The notes under the pieces were generated by a model. It saw only the letters and a list, made by a program, of their open reading frames with translations. It was not told the DNA's origin and ran no database searches. A program made the translations under genes and the position numbers. Below are positions 20,843 to 29,872 of a stretch of DNA of 64,000 nt, one piece after another. Each line of letters opens with the position of its first letter. Position 1 is the stretch's first letter. This DNA is from an uncultured Thermoplasmata archaeon (GTDB taxonomy: Archaea > Thermoplasmatota > Thermoplasmata > Lutacidiplasmatales > UBA184). Where the stretch lies: the NCBI GenBank assembly GCA_963773945.1, contig CAVZDD010000003.1, positions 370,060-434,059 on the forward strand, given 5' to 3'.

Positions 20843-21901
20843 TTGAAGCTACGCGACTCGATTAAGGCTTTCGTCGCCAAACCGCTCGGTCGCATCGCGC
20901 TTCTGATATTCATCGCACTGTGCCTTTCTGGCTCCGCCATCTACCTCGGTTACCTCATCGCGATCCCGGTCTTCTTGCTCGTCGGCCTCGCGCTTCCGAT
21001 CTTCTTGGGCTGGACGCGTCCCCGAACGCTCTTCCTGGTCGGACTGGCGTCGCTGTTGGTCGCCGGGCCGATCGTGACAGCCGGCACGGTGAACTTGCTG
21101 CTCACCCCCTCCCCGGCCGTGAACGGACAGGTGTTCGCGACCCACACCGAGTCCGTGATGCAGAACGCAACCGTTCATCCCTACAGCAGCGCCGGGGCTG
21201 CCAATTTCACCTTCTCCGTCGACGTCAATCCCGCCTTCCTGCCGAGCGGCAGTCACGGCGAAGTACTTTGGATCGACTTCTTCCTCAGCACCTGCCCGAA
21301 CGCGCTCTCGAACAACTCTAGCGCCTGCGGGGGCCTCGGAGCCTACCCTTACCACTTCCAGAACTACTCCTACATGAGCGCCGGACGCCAAACCGTGTCG
21401 TTTCCAGAGCACGTCGGAGGTGTCAACGTCTGGTGGTGGACGATAGGGGCGGCCTATGTCAACTCTACCAATGTGACGACCTGGACCTATCTTCTGCCGG
21501 GCAACGGGTACGTCACCGCCGAAGGACCGGTCACCGGTGACTACCTTTCGATCTACACCCTGATCCTGCCGGCGATTTACTTTACGGTCTTCATCTATCC
21601 CGGACTCGTTTTCTTCCTCGGTCTCCTCGTATACTTGTTCCTCAAGATGCGGCAGCGGCGGCGCTCCGGAGGCGCGCCGTCGGTCCCGGCCCCATCCGTT
21701 CCGTCGACGGAGGCCCCGGTGGAGGGCAGGACGCTCAGCAAGCCTAGCACGTCGGCCCCCTCGAGACCCGAGCTGGCCTGCCCCAAGTGCGGTGCGGTGG
21801 TCTACGCGGGGGAGAGTCGCTGCTGGAAGTGCGGGACCCAGCTTACGCCGATGGAGGCCCCGACCCCCGAGGACGAACCCCTCCCGTCGAGCAAGCCCTG
21901 A
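20843..21901 (+). CDS. Membrane protein with an extracellular domain and a C-terminal zinc ribbon
   Basis: Several N-terminal hydrophobic helices, a sequon-rich loop, another TM helix, a Pro/Ser linker and CPKCG...CWKCG. Confidence 0.75.
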   Translation: MKLRDSIKAFVAKPLGRIALLIFIALCLSGSAIYLGYLIAIPVFLLVGLALPIFLGWTRPRTLFLVGLASLLVAGPIVTAGTVNLLLTPSPAVNGQVFATHTESVMQNATVHPYSSAGAANFTFSVDVNPAFLPSGSHGEVLWIDFFLSTCPNALSNNSSACGGLGAYPYHFQNYSYMSAGRQTVSFPEHVGGVNVWWWTIGAAYVNSTNVTTWTYLLPGNGYVTAEGPVTGDYLSIYTLILPAIYFTVFIYPGLVFFLGLLVYLFLKMRQRRRSGGAPSVPAPSVPSTEAPVEGRTLSKPSTSAPSRPELACPKCGAVVYAGESRCWKCGTQLTPMEAPTPEDEPLPSSKP

Positions 21902-21925
21902 TTCGACGGCGAATCCGCCGTCGAA
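21902..21925. terminator. Perfect 10-bp hairpin between convergent genes
   Basis: TTCGACGGCG-AATC-CGCCGTCGAA immediately after the stop at 21901. Confidence 0.45.
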
Positions 21926-21963
21926 GACCGTCATTCGGCCGTCCCGCGGGAAGCGTCGCGGGT

Positions 21964-24315
21964 TTAGGTGAAGGTGATCCCCAAGTTGGTGACGTAGTAG
22001 TTGTACTGGTTGTTGAGCGTGAAGTAGTCGACCGGCGAGGTCGAGAGGACGAACGAGAACACGTAGGTCCCGGCCGTCGGGGCCTGCCAGGTGAGCGTCA
22101 CCCACGAATCGACCCCGTTGCCCGACTCCACAGCCGTGGCCGTGACGTAGCTGCCCTGGTAGAGGACCGGGACGCCGTTCACCAGCAGCGAGACCGTGAG
22201 GATGCCGTTCGAGATGTCGTTCGCTCGAAGGTTGACTAGGAAGCTGCTCGGCGCGGTGTGGACGGTTCCGGCAAGCAGGGCCCCGGCAATGCCGAAGTCG
22301 GTACCGGACCGAGTCACCGCCGACGAGGTTGCAAAGCCGCAGAGGTAGTTCATCACGTTGTACGTCACGGCCGTTCCGATGGCGTTCCACGAGGTGCCCG
22401 CGGGGGCGTCCCCGAACTGGACCGGGTCCGCCCCGATGGCGACTCCCTTCCCCGCGCCGCCGGTACCGGTGTAGAAGATCCCGAGCGTGTTGGCCCCGAG
22501 GGCCAGGAACGCCGTTCCCACGTGGCCGCCGGAGGCGGTGTACGTCTGGTAGTTGAGGTAGGTCGCCAGCGCCGACGCAGTGCCGCTCACGTTGCCGTTG
22601 AGCGTGATCGGTGAGCTGATGCCCTGGCTATAGAAGCCGGAAGCGGTCGTGGCCGTGTAGGTGACCGAGGAATAGTCCGCGGGGGAGGCGGACAGCGCGT
22701 GCGCCGTAACGCACGTCGCACCGGCGCTGATCCCGAAGTCCTGGAGGTAGGTCGTGTAGGTTGCTGTGTTGCACGCGAGGGAGGCGGTGGGCCAGAAAGC
22801 GCGGTCGCCCACGACCCAGACCGACGCCCCGGCCCCTACTGCGGTCTCTAGGTAGTAGCTCGCCGAATGCGCGTACCCTGCGGGAGTGGTGTAGGACGGT
22901 CCCACTGGGCAGCCCGAGTTGGTCGAGTTCGTCCCAAAGTCCACGATGAGGACCGTTCCCGCAACGAAGTACTGGGTGACCAGGGCCGCCGCGAAGCTCC
23001 CGTTGGTGCAGGAGTTAACGTAGGTTTTGAACGGGAAACCCGCCGCAGTGAGCTCGCTCGCAAGGTTGGACGACTCGTTGCTCTTCGAGAGGGGGATGTT
23101 GCCGGGCTGGTTGTACGAGATCAGGAGGATCGGGGGAAACACCGTCAGTGCATAGGAATCGGAGCCTGTTCCGAGTCCGGGGATCGAGGCCGTCGCGTTG
23201 AGCAGCAGGGCACCGGTCGCCGTAGGCGTGTAGGTGGCCTGGAAGCCGGCCGTCGCACCGGCAGGAACCGAGCCGGACGCGCTGCTTCGACTGAAGCCGG
23301 CGGCCGGTCCGAAGGAGACGGCAGCTGTCCCGGCGACTTGACCGTTGTTCGTGACCTCCACCGTCACGTTGAGTTTCTGGTTGATGACCGGCACGCTCGT
23401 ATTGGTGAGGATTTGGACGATGACCAATGTGCTTCCGCCTCCGCTGCCGCTAGCTGAGACGGTGATCGGGAAGATGATCGAATTTTGCTGGGTCTGGATC
23501 GGGTTCGAGTCCGTCACCCAAGCGGTCACATAGTACGTGCCCGAGGTGGCCGTGGTGCAGCTCGGGACGAACCAGAGACCATTCGTGGCGTTGTAGGTCA
23601 TCTGGAGTTTGTTGGTAGTGTTGGACGAGTAAGCTGACAGCGGGTTCACGCACGACAGGCCGGGGGTCGTGATATTGAGGTAGACCTGCTTGCTCGAGGT
23701 GCGAAGGAACGGGTCGCTAATCTGGACGAACACGGAGAACGGCGAGTTCACGAACGGCGCGCCGGGGCTCGTGCCCTGCGCAATGAAGATCGGAGGGTTC
23801 GTGGGGTTGCTACCGGGGAGGGTCTGTCGGTATACGACCAGGCTGTCCGAGACGATCGTGACGGTGATGTTGTCGGGAATGGTCAGGTGGTCCCCTGCCA
23901 GACTGAGATTCCAAACCTGGCCCGTCCCCCAGGGCGTCGACGACGACGCGCCGAGACCACCACTGGTCATCGTGTACGTGGCGGTAGTGTTCTGGGGATG
24001 CGCTTGAGAAACTACGTAAAAGACGGTGTTGAAATTGTAGAGGATCGGGCCGCCGAGGTGGGTGACGGTGACCGAGCTGACGTTGGTCCAGGTGTGGGCT
24101 CCCTTCGTGATGTAGGAATAGAACAGCTGCCCCTGGAACTGACCGGCCGGCTGCGGAGCCGGCTTGGGGAACGTGCTGACAAAGAAGAAGATCGAGGAGA
24201 ATAGCGTGACGGTCAGCGCCAGAATCAGAATCGTTCCGAGCACCTCGGAAACGGCCCGTTTCCCCCGGAGCGACCGGGAGCGCGTACGGAGGCGATGCTT
24301 CGATTGACGCTGCAC
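21964..24315 (-). CDS. Very large archaeal type IV pilin-like protein / adhesin (class III signal peptide)
   Basis: Basic leader then KRA/VSEVLGTILILALTVTLFSSIFFFV, matching a PibD/FlaK cleavage site. VTHLGGP resembles archaeal pilin N-domains. About 750 aa are Thr/Ser/Gly-rich and beta-like. Start is GTG 24315 or ATG 24384. Confidence 0.85.
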   Translation of the reverse strand: MQRQSKHRLRTRSRSLRGKRAVSEVLGTILILALTVTLFSSIFFFVSTFPKPAPQPAGQFQGQLFYSYITKGAHTWTNVSSVTVTHLGGPILYNFNTVFYVVSQAHPQNTTATYTMTSGGLGASSSTPWGTGQVWNLSLAGDHLTIPDNITVTIVSDSLVVYRQTLPGSNPTNPPIFIAQGTSPGAPFVNSPFSVFVQISDPFLRTSSKQVYLNITTPGLSCVNPLSAYSSNTTNKLQMTYNATNGLWFVPSCTTATSGTYYVTAWVTDSNPIQTQQNSIIFPITVSASGSGGGSTLVIVQILTNTSVPVINQKLNVTVEVTNNGQVAGTAAVSFGPAAGFSRSSASGSVPAGATAGFQATYTPTATGALLLNATASIPGLGTGSDSYALTVFPPILLISYNQPGNIPLSKSNESSNLASELTAAGFPFKTYVNSCTNGSFAAALVTQYFVAGTVLIVDFGTNSTNSGCPVGPSYTTPAGYAHSASYYLETAVGAGASVWVVGDRAFWPTASLACNTATYTTYLQDFGISAGATCVTAHALSASPADYSSVTYTATTASGFYSQGISSPITLNGNVSGTASALATYLNYQTYTASGGHVGTAFLALGANTLGIFYTGTGGAGKGVAIGADPVQFGDAPAGTSWNAIGTAVTYNVMNYLCGFATSSAVTRSGTDFGIAGALLAGTVHTAPSSFLVNLRANDISNGILTVSLLVNGVPVLYQGSYVTATAVESGNGVDSWVTLTWQAPTAGTYVFSFVLSTSPVDYFTLNNQYNYYVTNLGITFT

Positions 24316-24658
24316 TCGAATGGCCCTCCTGCCCCTAGATAGCCCGCGCGGACGAGCCTTCTGAAATTGATTGAGGGGCCGCATATATAGAGGTTCGGCC
24401 GCGGCGCGCCCGACGCCGATCGTTCGGCGGTTCCGTGGGGACCCTCATGCGTATTGATACGTGTCGCACTCGGACCCCCATTTCCGGTCAAATTCTGGGC
24501 TGGTTATACTGCCGGGATCCGCGATTCATCGCGGAAAGTGCGAGTCCAAATTTTGTTCGACACCTCAGAAAAGCGCGCTTCCGATGCCCATCTTCAGTTC
24601 TCGCCACAGCGTTGGGAATGAGTTTAAGTAACAGAATATCGCATAGCGCCGCTCGGCC

Positions 24659-25162
24659 GTGTTCGACAAAACCCCAGACACCAGAACGGACGCTTCGGTG
24701 CCGAAGCGCACGTCCCGGCGGCCCCCCGAAGATGAGCGGATCGCCCTACGGTGCAACCGCAGGGAGCTCCAGCTCTTGGATACGTTCGTTAGCAGCGGCG
24801 AGTTCGAGAGTCGGTCGGAGCTCATGCGCGCGGCGCTCCGCGCCTTTCTCCGGACCCGGACCGAGTCTGCAGTCCTGACCCCCCCGACCCCCACCCCGAC
24901 GGGACTCATCGAAGCTCCCGTTCGCCTCCGACAGGATGAGGTGGAGACCTTCCGCGAGTACGGCGCCCTCGTCTCCAACGACCAGCCGTTGAACGACGTG
25001 CTGGCCCAGCTGGTCCGACGCGGTGCGCTGGAGCTCCAGGTCTCGGAGTTGGTCGCCCGCGCCCGCGGTGACGTGCGCAAGGCGGCGGAGGCTCGAGCCC
25101 AGGTCCAGGCCCTCGAAACGAGTGGGCGTGACCTGGAACGACAAGGGGTCGTGGGCCGGTAG
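24659..25162 (+). CDS. CdrS-like ribbon-helix-helix transcription factor with a C-terminal extension
   Basis: ERIALRCNRRELQLLDTFVSSGEFESRSELMRAALRAFL follows the CdrS/CopG RHH pattern. Lies directly upstream of an ftsZ homologue. Confidence 0.8.
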   Translation: MFDKTPDTRTDASVPKRTSRRPPEDERIALRCNRRELQLLDTFVSSGEFESRSELMRAALRAFLRTRTESAVLTPPTPTPTGLIEAPVRLRQDEVETFREYGALVSNDQPLNDVLAQLVRRGALELQVSELVARARGDVRKAAEARAQVQALETSGRDLERQGVVGR

Positions 25163-25196
25163 GGTTGTCGAGGCGGTACAGGAAAGGGGTGGCGAA

Positions 25197-26123
25197 ATGC
25201 CTGAGGCCGAACCGAACGGGAGAGACACCGACCAACTGATGGGCCGGGACGACGACTTCGATCCCGGGTTCCTCGAGAACCTGAAGCTGGGACACGATGT
25301 CCGTTTCGTTCTCGTCACCGTCGGAGGCGGCGCAGCCCGAATCGGTCGAGAGATCGCTCGCCGACATCTCCGCTACGTCGAGACCGTCGCCATCAACTGC
25401 GACGCGCGCATCCAGGAGTTCGAAGAGTTCGACCGCCGGGTCTGCCTGACCACGGACAGCCCGGATGCCGAGGACACGGGGGGTTCTCCCGTGGCCGGTG
25501 GGCATCTGGCGCGCTCCGCGCAGCCGGCGCTGGATCGGATCTTCGAAGGCGCCACGTTCGTCACGATCATCTCGACCCTAGGCGGCGGTGCCGGAACCGG
25601 TGCGCTGCCCTTCGTCCTCGAAGCGGCCGCTCGCTCATGTGAGGTCCTGTCGGTGTTCGTCGTCAAGCCGTTCAAGCTCGAGGCGGAACGCCGCGCCGTG
25701 GCGGACCGGGCCCTCGCCCGGCTCCACTTCGTGGACAGCTTTGTAGCGCTGCAGCAGCGGGGACTCGCGACCCTCCAGGTCCTGGACAACGAGACCCTGG
25801 CAAAGGATGCGGGCAAGATCCCGATCGCACGGTTCAACACTTACTGGTCCGAGTTCATCGCGAGCCACATCGAGAAGTCGTTCGTGGCACCCGCCGAAGC
25901 CGCCGTGGAGGCGGGGCGCCTGGCCATGCTCGCCGACCCGACGCATGCCGGACGAATCCCGTCGGAACCGGAGATCGTGGGACACGCCATGCCGGCCCCG
26001 ATGCCCGAACGCCCCTCGCTGGAACCCCCCGGAATGCCCGGCCCGTTGCCGGCCGCCTCCTCGGAGATCGAACTCACCTTCGAAGTCGTCGGACTGCCCC
26101 CCGGCGGGCAGGAGCTCCTTTGA
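25197..26123 (+). CDS. Divergent FtsZ/tubulin-family protein with the GTP-binding N-domain only
   Basis: VGGGAARI, AINCD, TGGSPVAG, TLGGGAGTG, KPFKLE..RR and LDNETL are present. There is no T7 loop and no C-terminal domain. ATG 25197 follows a purine-rich RBS-like stretch. Confidence 0.85.
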   Translation: MPEAEPNGRDTDQLMGRDDDFDPGFLENLKLGHDVRFVLVTVGGGAARIGREIARRHLRYVETVAINCDARIQEFEEFDRRVCLTTDSPDAEDTGGSPVAGGHLARSAQPALDRIFEGATFVTIISTLGGGAGTGALPFVLEAAARSCEVLSVFVVKPFKLEAERRAVADRALARLHFVDSFVALQQRGLATLQVLDNETLAKDAGKIPIARFNTYWSEFIASHIEKSFVAPAEAAVEAGRLAMLADPTHAGRIPSEPEIVGHAMPAPMPERPSLEPPGMPGPLPAASSEIELTFEVVGLPPGGQELL

Positions 26124-26231
26124 CCGTCCACAAGTAGGCGACCCCGGACGAGCGACTGTTGCCCCGACCGGGCACCGGACCGGTGCCCGCCGGTCGCGTA
26201 ATATTATCAGGGGTGCCGGCTACCCCCTCCC

Positions 26232-26411
26232 GTGGACGGCCGAATCCTCGTTGTGGCATTGACCCTCGCACTCCCCGCGGCCCTGATCGCCGCGACGGTC
26301 GCCTGGTACTCGACCAATCCGGTATCGCTGCTGATCCTGTTCTCCGTGATGCTTCTCGGCGGCCTCTACCTGCTCTCCTACAGCGATACCTTCTCCGCGA
26401 ATCCGGCGTAG
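26232..26411 (+). CDS. Small two-TM membrane protein, 59 aa (absent from the ORF track)
   Basis: GTG..TAG reads MDGRILVVALTLALPAALIAATVAWYSTNPVSLLILFSVMLLGGLYLLSYSDTFSANPA. An AT-rich TAATATTAT element lies about 25-33 nt upstream. Confidence 0.75.
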   Translation: MDGRILVVALTLALPAALIAATVAWYSTNPVSLLILFSVMLLGGLYLLSYSDTFSANPA

Positions 26412-26441
26412 GAACGGCCCCGGCCAGAAGGCCGGGCTCGA

Positions 26442-27212
26442 CTACTGGTAGATCGGCAGGTTCTCGGTACCCGGGGCCCCCGCCGGAGCGGAGGGACGAC
26501 TCTTGACCGCGGCGCGCAACGCCCGCTCGATCATTTCGGCCTGGGTGCGGAGCGGCTTCGTGTCGATCTGGACGTGGGGAAGCAGCTGGTCGATGACCTC
26601 GATGAGCTTCGCCGCGGCCCGGTGGTCGGGGTAGCCCGCGTCGGTGGCACTCACGAGCAGCGTCCCGATCGGAAGTTTCGAGCCCATCCCCTGCACGAGT
26701 AGTGCTCCGGAGACACCGCCAATCACTCCGTCGCCCATCGCCCGGACCCCTGCGGTCTTGTATTTCGCTGGCAACTCCTCGGTCGAGCCCGAGCCGGCGT
26801 ACCATACCATCTCCTCAGACGGAGTCGCCTCCGCGTCCTCGGGGTCCAACGGGTGGGGAACCACCCCTTCGAGACCAAGAATGGCCGACACCTGCAACTG
26901 CGCCGCCATGTCCAGGATGGTCATGGCCAGCGGGTTGATCATCGAGGGCGGGAGTGGAAACTCGGACACTACGAGGACGATGTCCTTGTTCCCGTACGCA
27001 CGCACCGGCGGATTGACTCGTCCGCCTTGAATGACCGCCAGCGGTGGGAATTCCTCGGAGGTGAGGGCCCCCAAGCGGGGAAGCTTGAGCATCTGAAGCA
27101 TGTAGTGCCCCGCGACGGTCGGCGCGAGACCGCCGCTCGGGAAGCAGCTGATGAGTACGGCCCCGGGGGCCGGCAAGACCGCCGAGCTTTCCGGACGCCA
27201 GAGGACCGGCAT
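26442..27212 (-). CDS. PAC2-family proteasome assembly chaperone/activator (PbaA/PbaB-like)
   Basis: CFPSGGL, FPP..VIQGG...PPVRAY, GVIGGVSGALL, YPDHRAAAKLIE and IDTKPL...AE.IE. The C-terminus IYQ is an HbYX motif. Confidence 0.88.
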   Translation of the reverse strand: MPVLWRPESSAVLPAPGAVLISCFPSGGLAPTVAGHYMLQMLKLPRLGALTSEEFPPLAVIQGGRVNPPVRAYGNKDIVLVVSEFPLPPSMINPLAMTILDMAAQLQVSAILGLEGVVPHPLDPEDAEATPSEEMVWYAGSGSTEELPAKYKTAGVRAMGDGVIGGVSGALLVQGMGSKLPIGTLLVSATDAGYPDHRAAAKLIEVIDQLLPHVQIDTKPLRTQAEMIERALRAAVKSRPSAPAGAPGTENLPIYQ

Positions 27213-27330
27213 AGGATACTCCAGCCGGCAATCCCCGGTGCGTACTTAGGGGTTGGGACAGTTTCCATTTCGGCGGACCGGTGCGGGGACGGCTCAAAGG
27301 CCAAGTACCCACCGCCGCCTGCCGAGCGCC

Positions 27331-28365
27331 GTGGGGCTTCCCCTCCGCGACATCACGCATCCCGCCGAGGTACCGTGGTCGGCCCTCGTCGGGCGCACTC
27401 TCGCGGTCGACGGGAACAACATGCTCTACCAGTTCCTGGCCACCATCCGTTCGGCCGATGGCCGACCCTTCACCGACCGCAACGGCCGGGTCACAGCCCA
27501 TCTGATTGGACTTCTCTACCGGACGACTTCGTGGTTGGAGCAGCAGATCCGACCTGTCTGGGTCTTCGATGGCCGACCGCCGGATCTGAAAGCCGGCACA
27601 CTTCGCACCCGATTCTTGGCCAAGGAACGCGCCCAGGAGGCGTGGGACGAGGCGCTGGCCGCTGGGGACCTCGAGACCGCGCGGAGAAAAGCCGCGCAAA
27701 CGTCCCGGCTCACGCGCCCGATGATCGAGGAAGCCGTCCAAGTGCTCCACGCGCTGGGACTCCCGACGGTCCAGGCTCCGTCGGAGGGCGAGGCCCAGGG
27801 CGCGCGCATGGCTGCCTCAGGGACGGTGTGGGCGAGCGCCTCAGAGGATTACGACTCGTTGCTATTCGGCACCCCTCGATTGGTCCGAGGACTCGGTTCC
27901 CGCCAGCGAAAGACCGGAACGCAGGCCGCGCAATTGATCGAGCGTGAGCGCTTGCTCGAGGAGCTCGGAATCTCGCAGGAGGAGCTGATCCTCGTCGGGT
28001 TGCTCATCGGGACCGATTTCAACGACGGCGCACGCGGGTACGGACCGAAGAAGGCGCTCAAACTGGTCCAGAAGCACCTGGGGTGGGAGGCCACGCTGAA
28101 GACCGTGGGCCTCGAGCCGAAGGACGTCGAGGAGGCGGCCGAGATCTTCCGGAATCCTCCGGTCGCCGAAATCCCGCCGCCCGTGTTCGGCGAGCCGAAC
28201 GAGGACGATCTCCGACGTCTCCTGATCGCCGAGCACGACTTCTCGGAGGACCGGGTGCTCGGGGCCCTCCACCGTATCCGGTCCGCGCCGCGACGGAAAG
28301 CCACCCCGCTCCCCACCCCGGGACGTCAACAACTTCTCGATGTCTACCCGACGGATGGATCTTGA
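27331..28365 (+). CDS. fen: Flap endonuclease 1
   Basis: AVDGNNMLYQFLATIR, VFDGRPP, APSEGEAQ, DYDSLLFG, GTDFN.G..GYGPKKAL and a C-terminal PIP box QQLLDVY. Confidence 0.95.
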   Translation: MGLPLRDITHPAEVPWSALVGRTLAVDGNNMLYQFLATIRSADGRPFTDRNGRVTAHLIGLLYRTTSWLEQQIRPVWVFDGRPPDLKAGTLRTRFLAKERAQEAWDEALAAGDLETARRKAAQTSRLTRPMIEEAVQVLHALGLPTVQAPSEGEAQGARMAASGTVWASASEDYDSLLFGTPRLVRGLGSRQRKTGTQAAQLIERERLLEELGISQEELILVGLLIGTDFNDGARGYGPKKALKLVQKHLGWEATLKTVGLEPKDVEEAAEIFRNPPVAEIPPPVFGEPNEDDLRRLLIAEHDFSEDRVLGALHRIRSAPRRKATPLPTPGRQQLLDVYPTDGS

Positions 28366-29866
28366 AGCGTTTCGAATGCGTCCCGAACTTCTCGGAGGGC
28401 CGCGACAACAACCGGGTCCAATCGATCGTGGCGGAAGCCCGCGGGCTCCGCGGCGTGAGCGTTCTCGACGTGGAACTGAATGTAGACCACCACCGGTCGG
28501 TGGTGAGCCTGGCAGGCGACGCCGAGCCGCTGCTCGAAGCGGCGTTCCGAATGATTCGCAAAGCGGTGGAGGTGATCGACCTTCGCCACCACCACGGGGA
28601 GCACCCCCGGATGGGTGCGGCTGACGTGGTTCCTTTCGTTCCCCTCGGCGACGCGACGATGGCGGAGGCGGTCGCCCTCGCGGAACGACTGGGCGAGCGC
28701 GTCTGGGCCGAGCTCCACGTACCGGTGTACCTGTATGGGGCTGCGGCTCGGCGACCGGAGCGCGCGGACCTGGCCGTCGTCCGACAGGGGGGCTTTGAAG
28801 GGCTTCGCGACGTGATCCGGACCGACCCGTCCCGCCGTCCGGACATCGGGGATCCCGAACTCCATCCCTCCGCCGGGGCCATCGCGATCGGTGCCCGACC
28901 TGTACTGATCGCTTACAACGCCTATCTCACGACGCCCGACGTCGCCATCGCGAAGAAGGTCGCGCACGCGGTAAGGGCCCGCGATGGCGGACTCGCCGAG
29001 GTGAAGGCGCTCGGATTCGAGATCAAGGAGCGGAATCGGGCCCAGGTATCGATGAACCTGACCGACTACCGGAAGACGCCGGTGCATCGCGCCCTCGAGG
29101 CCGTGCGGCGGGAAGCGGCACGCTATGGGACGAGCGTCGAGGAATCCGAGGTCGTCGGCTTGATTCCGGAGGACGCCCTGCTGGATGCGGCCGAGTTCTA
29201 CCTGCAACTGAATCGATTCTCCCGCGACCAGATCCTCGAGCGAAAGCTGCCCCAAGGGGAGACCGCGCCGCAAGGTGCGGCCGGTGCTCCGGCCCGGCTT
29301 CAACACCTGACGATCCAGGACTTCCTCGGGCGCGTGGCCGCGCGGACGCCCACTCCCGGCGGCGGAAGCGTGGCGGCCATCGCCGGCGCGATGGGCGCGG
29401 CGCTGGGGGAGATGGTGGTCGGCTACTCCACGCCCTTGAAACAAACCCCCTCGCCGGCCCTCGCGGCCCTCGCCAAGGAGCTGATCGAGAGCCGGGTACA
29501 TTCCTCGAACTGGCGAACGCCGACACCGACGCCTACGAGGCGGTCCGAACGGCCCGCCGAGAGCGCAAGGCGAACCCGACTCAGCCGGAGGCCCAGAAAG
29601 CCTTCGTCGATGCCCTGCGCAAGGCCGCGGAGGTTCCCCTGGACACCGCCCGGCTCGCGCGCCGAGTCCACGACCGGCTCGGGGCGCACCGAGAACAGAC
29701 CAATGCGGCGTTGGGCAGCGACTTGGTGTCGGGACTGGGACTCCTCCGGGCGGCGGCCGAGGCGGCGCTGGCCAACGTCTCGATCAACCTCACCGACCTC
29801 CGGGCCGAAGGGATCCCCGTCGGGGACCTGGAAGCCGAACGGGATCGGCTCACCGGCCATCCATGA
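28362..29866 (+). CDS. ftcD: Bifunctional glutamate formiminotransferase / formiminotetrahydrofolate cyclodeaminase; one frameshift near 29495
   Basis: ECVPNFSEGR, HHRSV, GEHPRMGAADVVPF, QVSMNL and TPGGGSVAA. After a 1-nt shift at the GGG run the cyclodeaminase continues as FLELANADTDAY...AAEVPL...SDL...NVSINL. Confidence 0.9.
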
Positions 29867-29872
29867 GTACCT

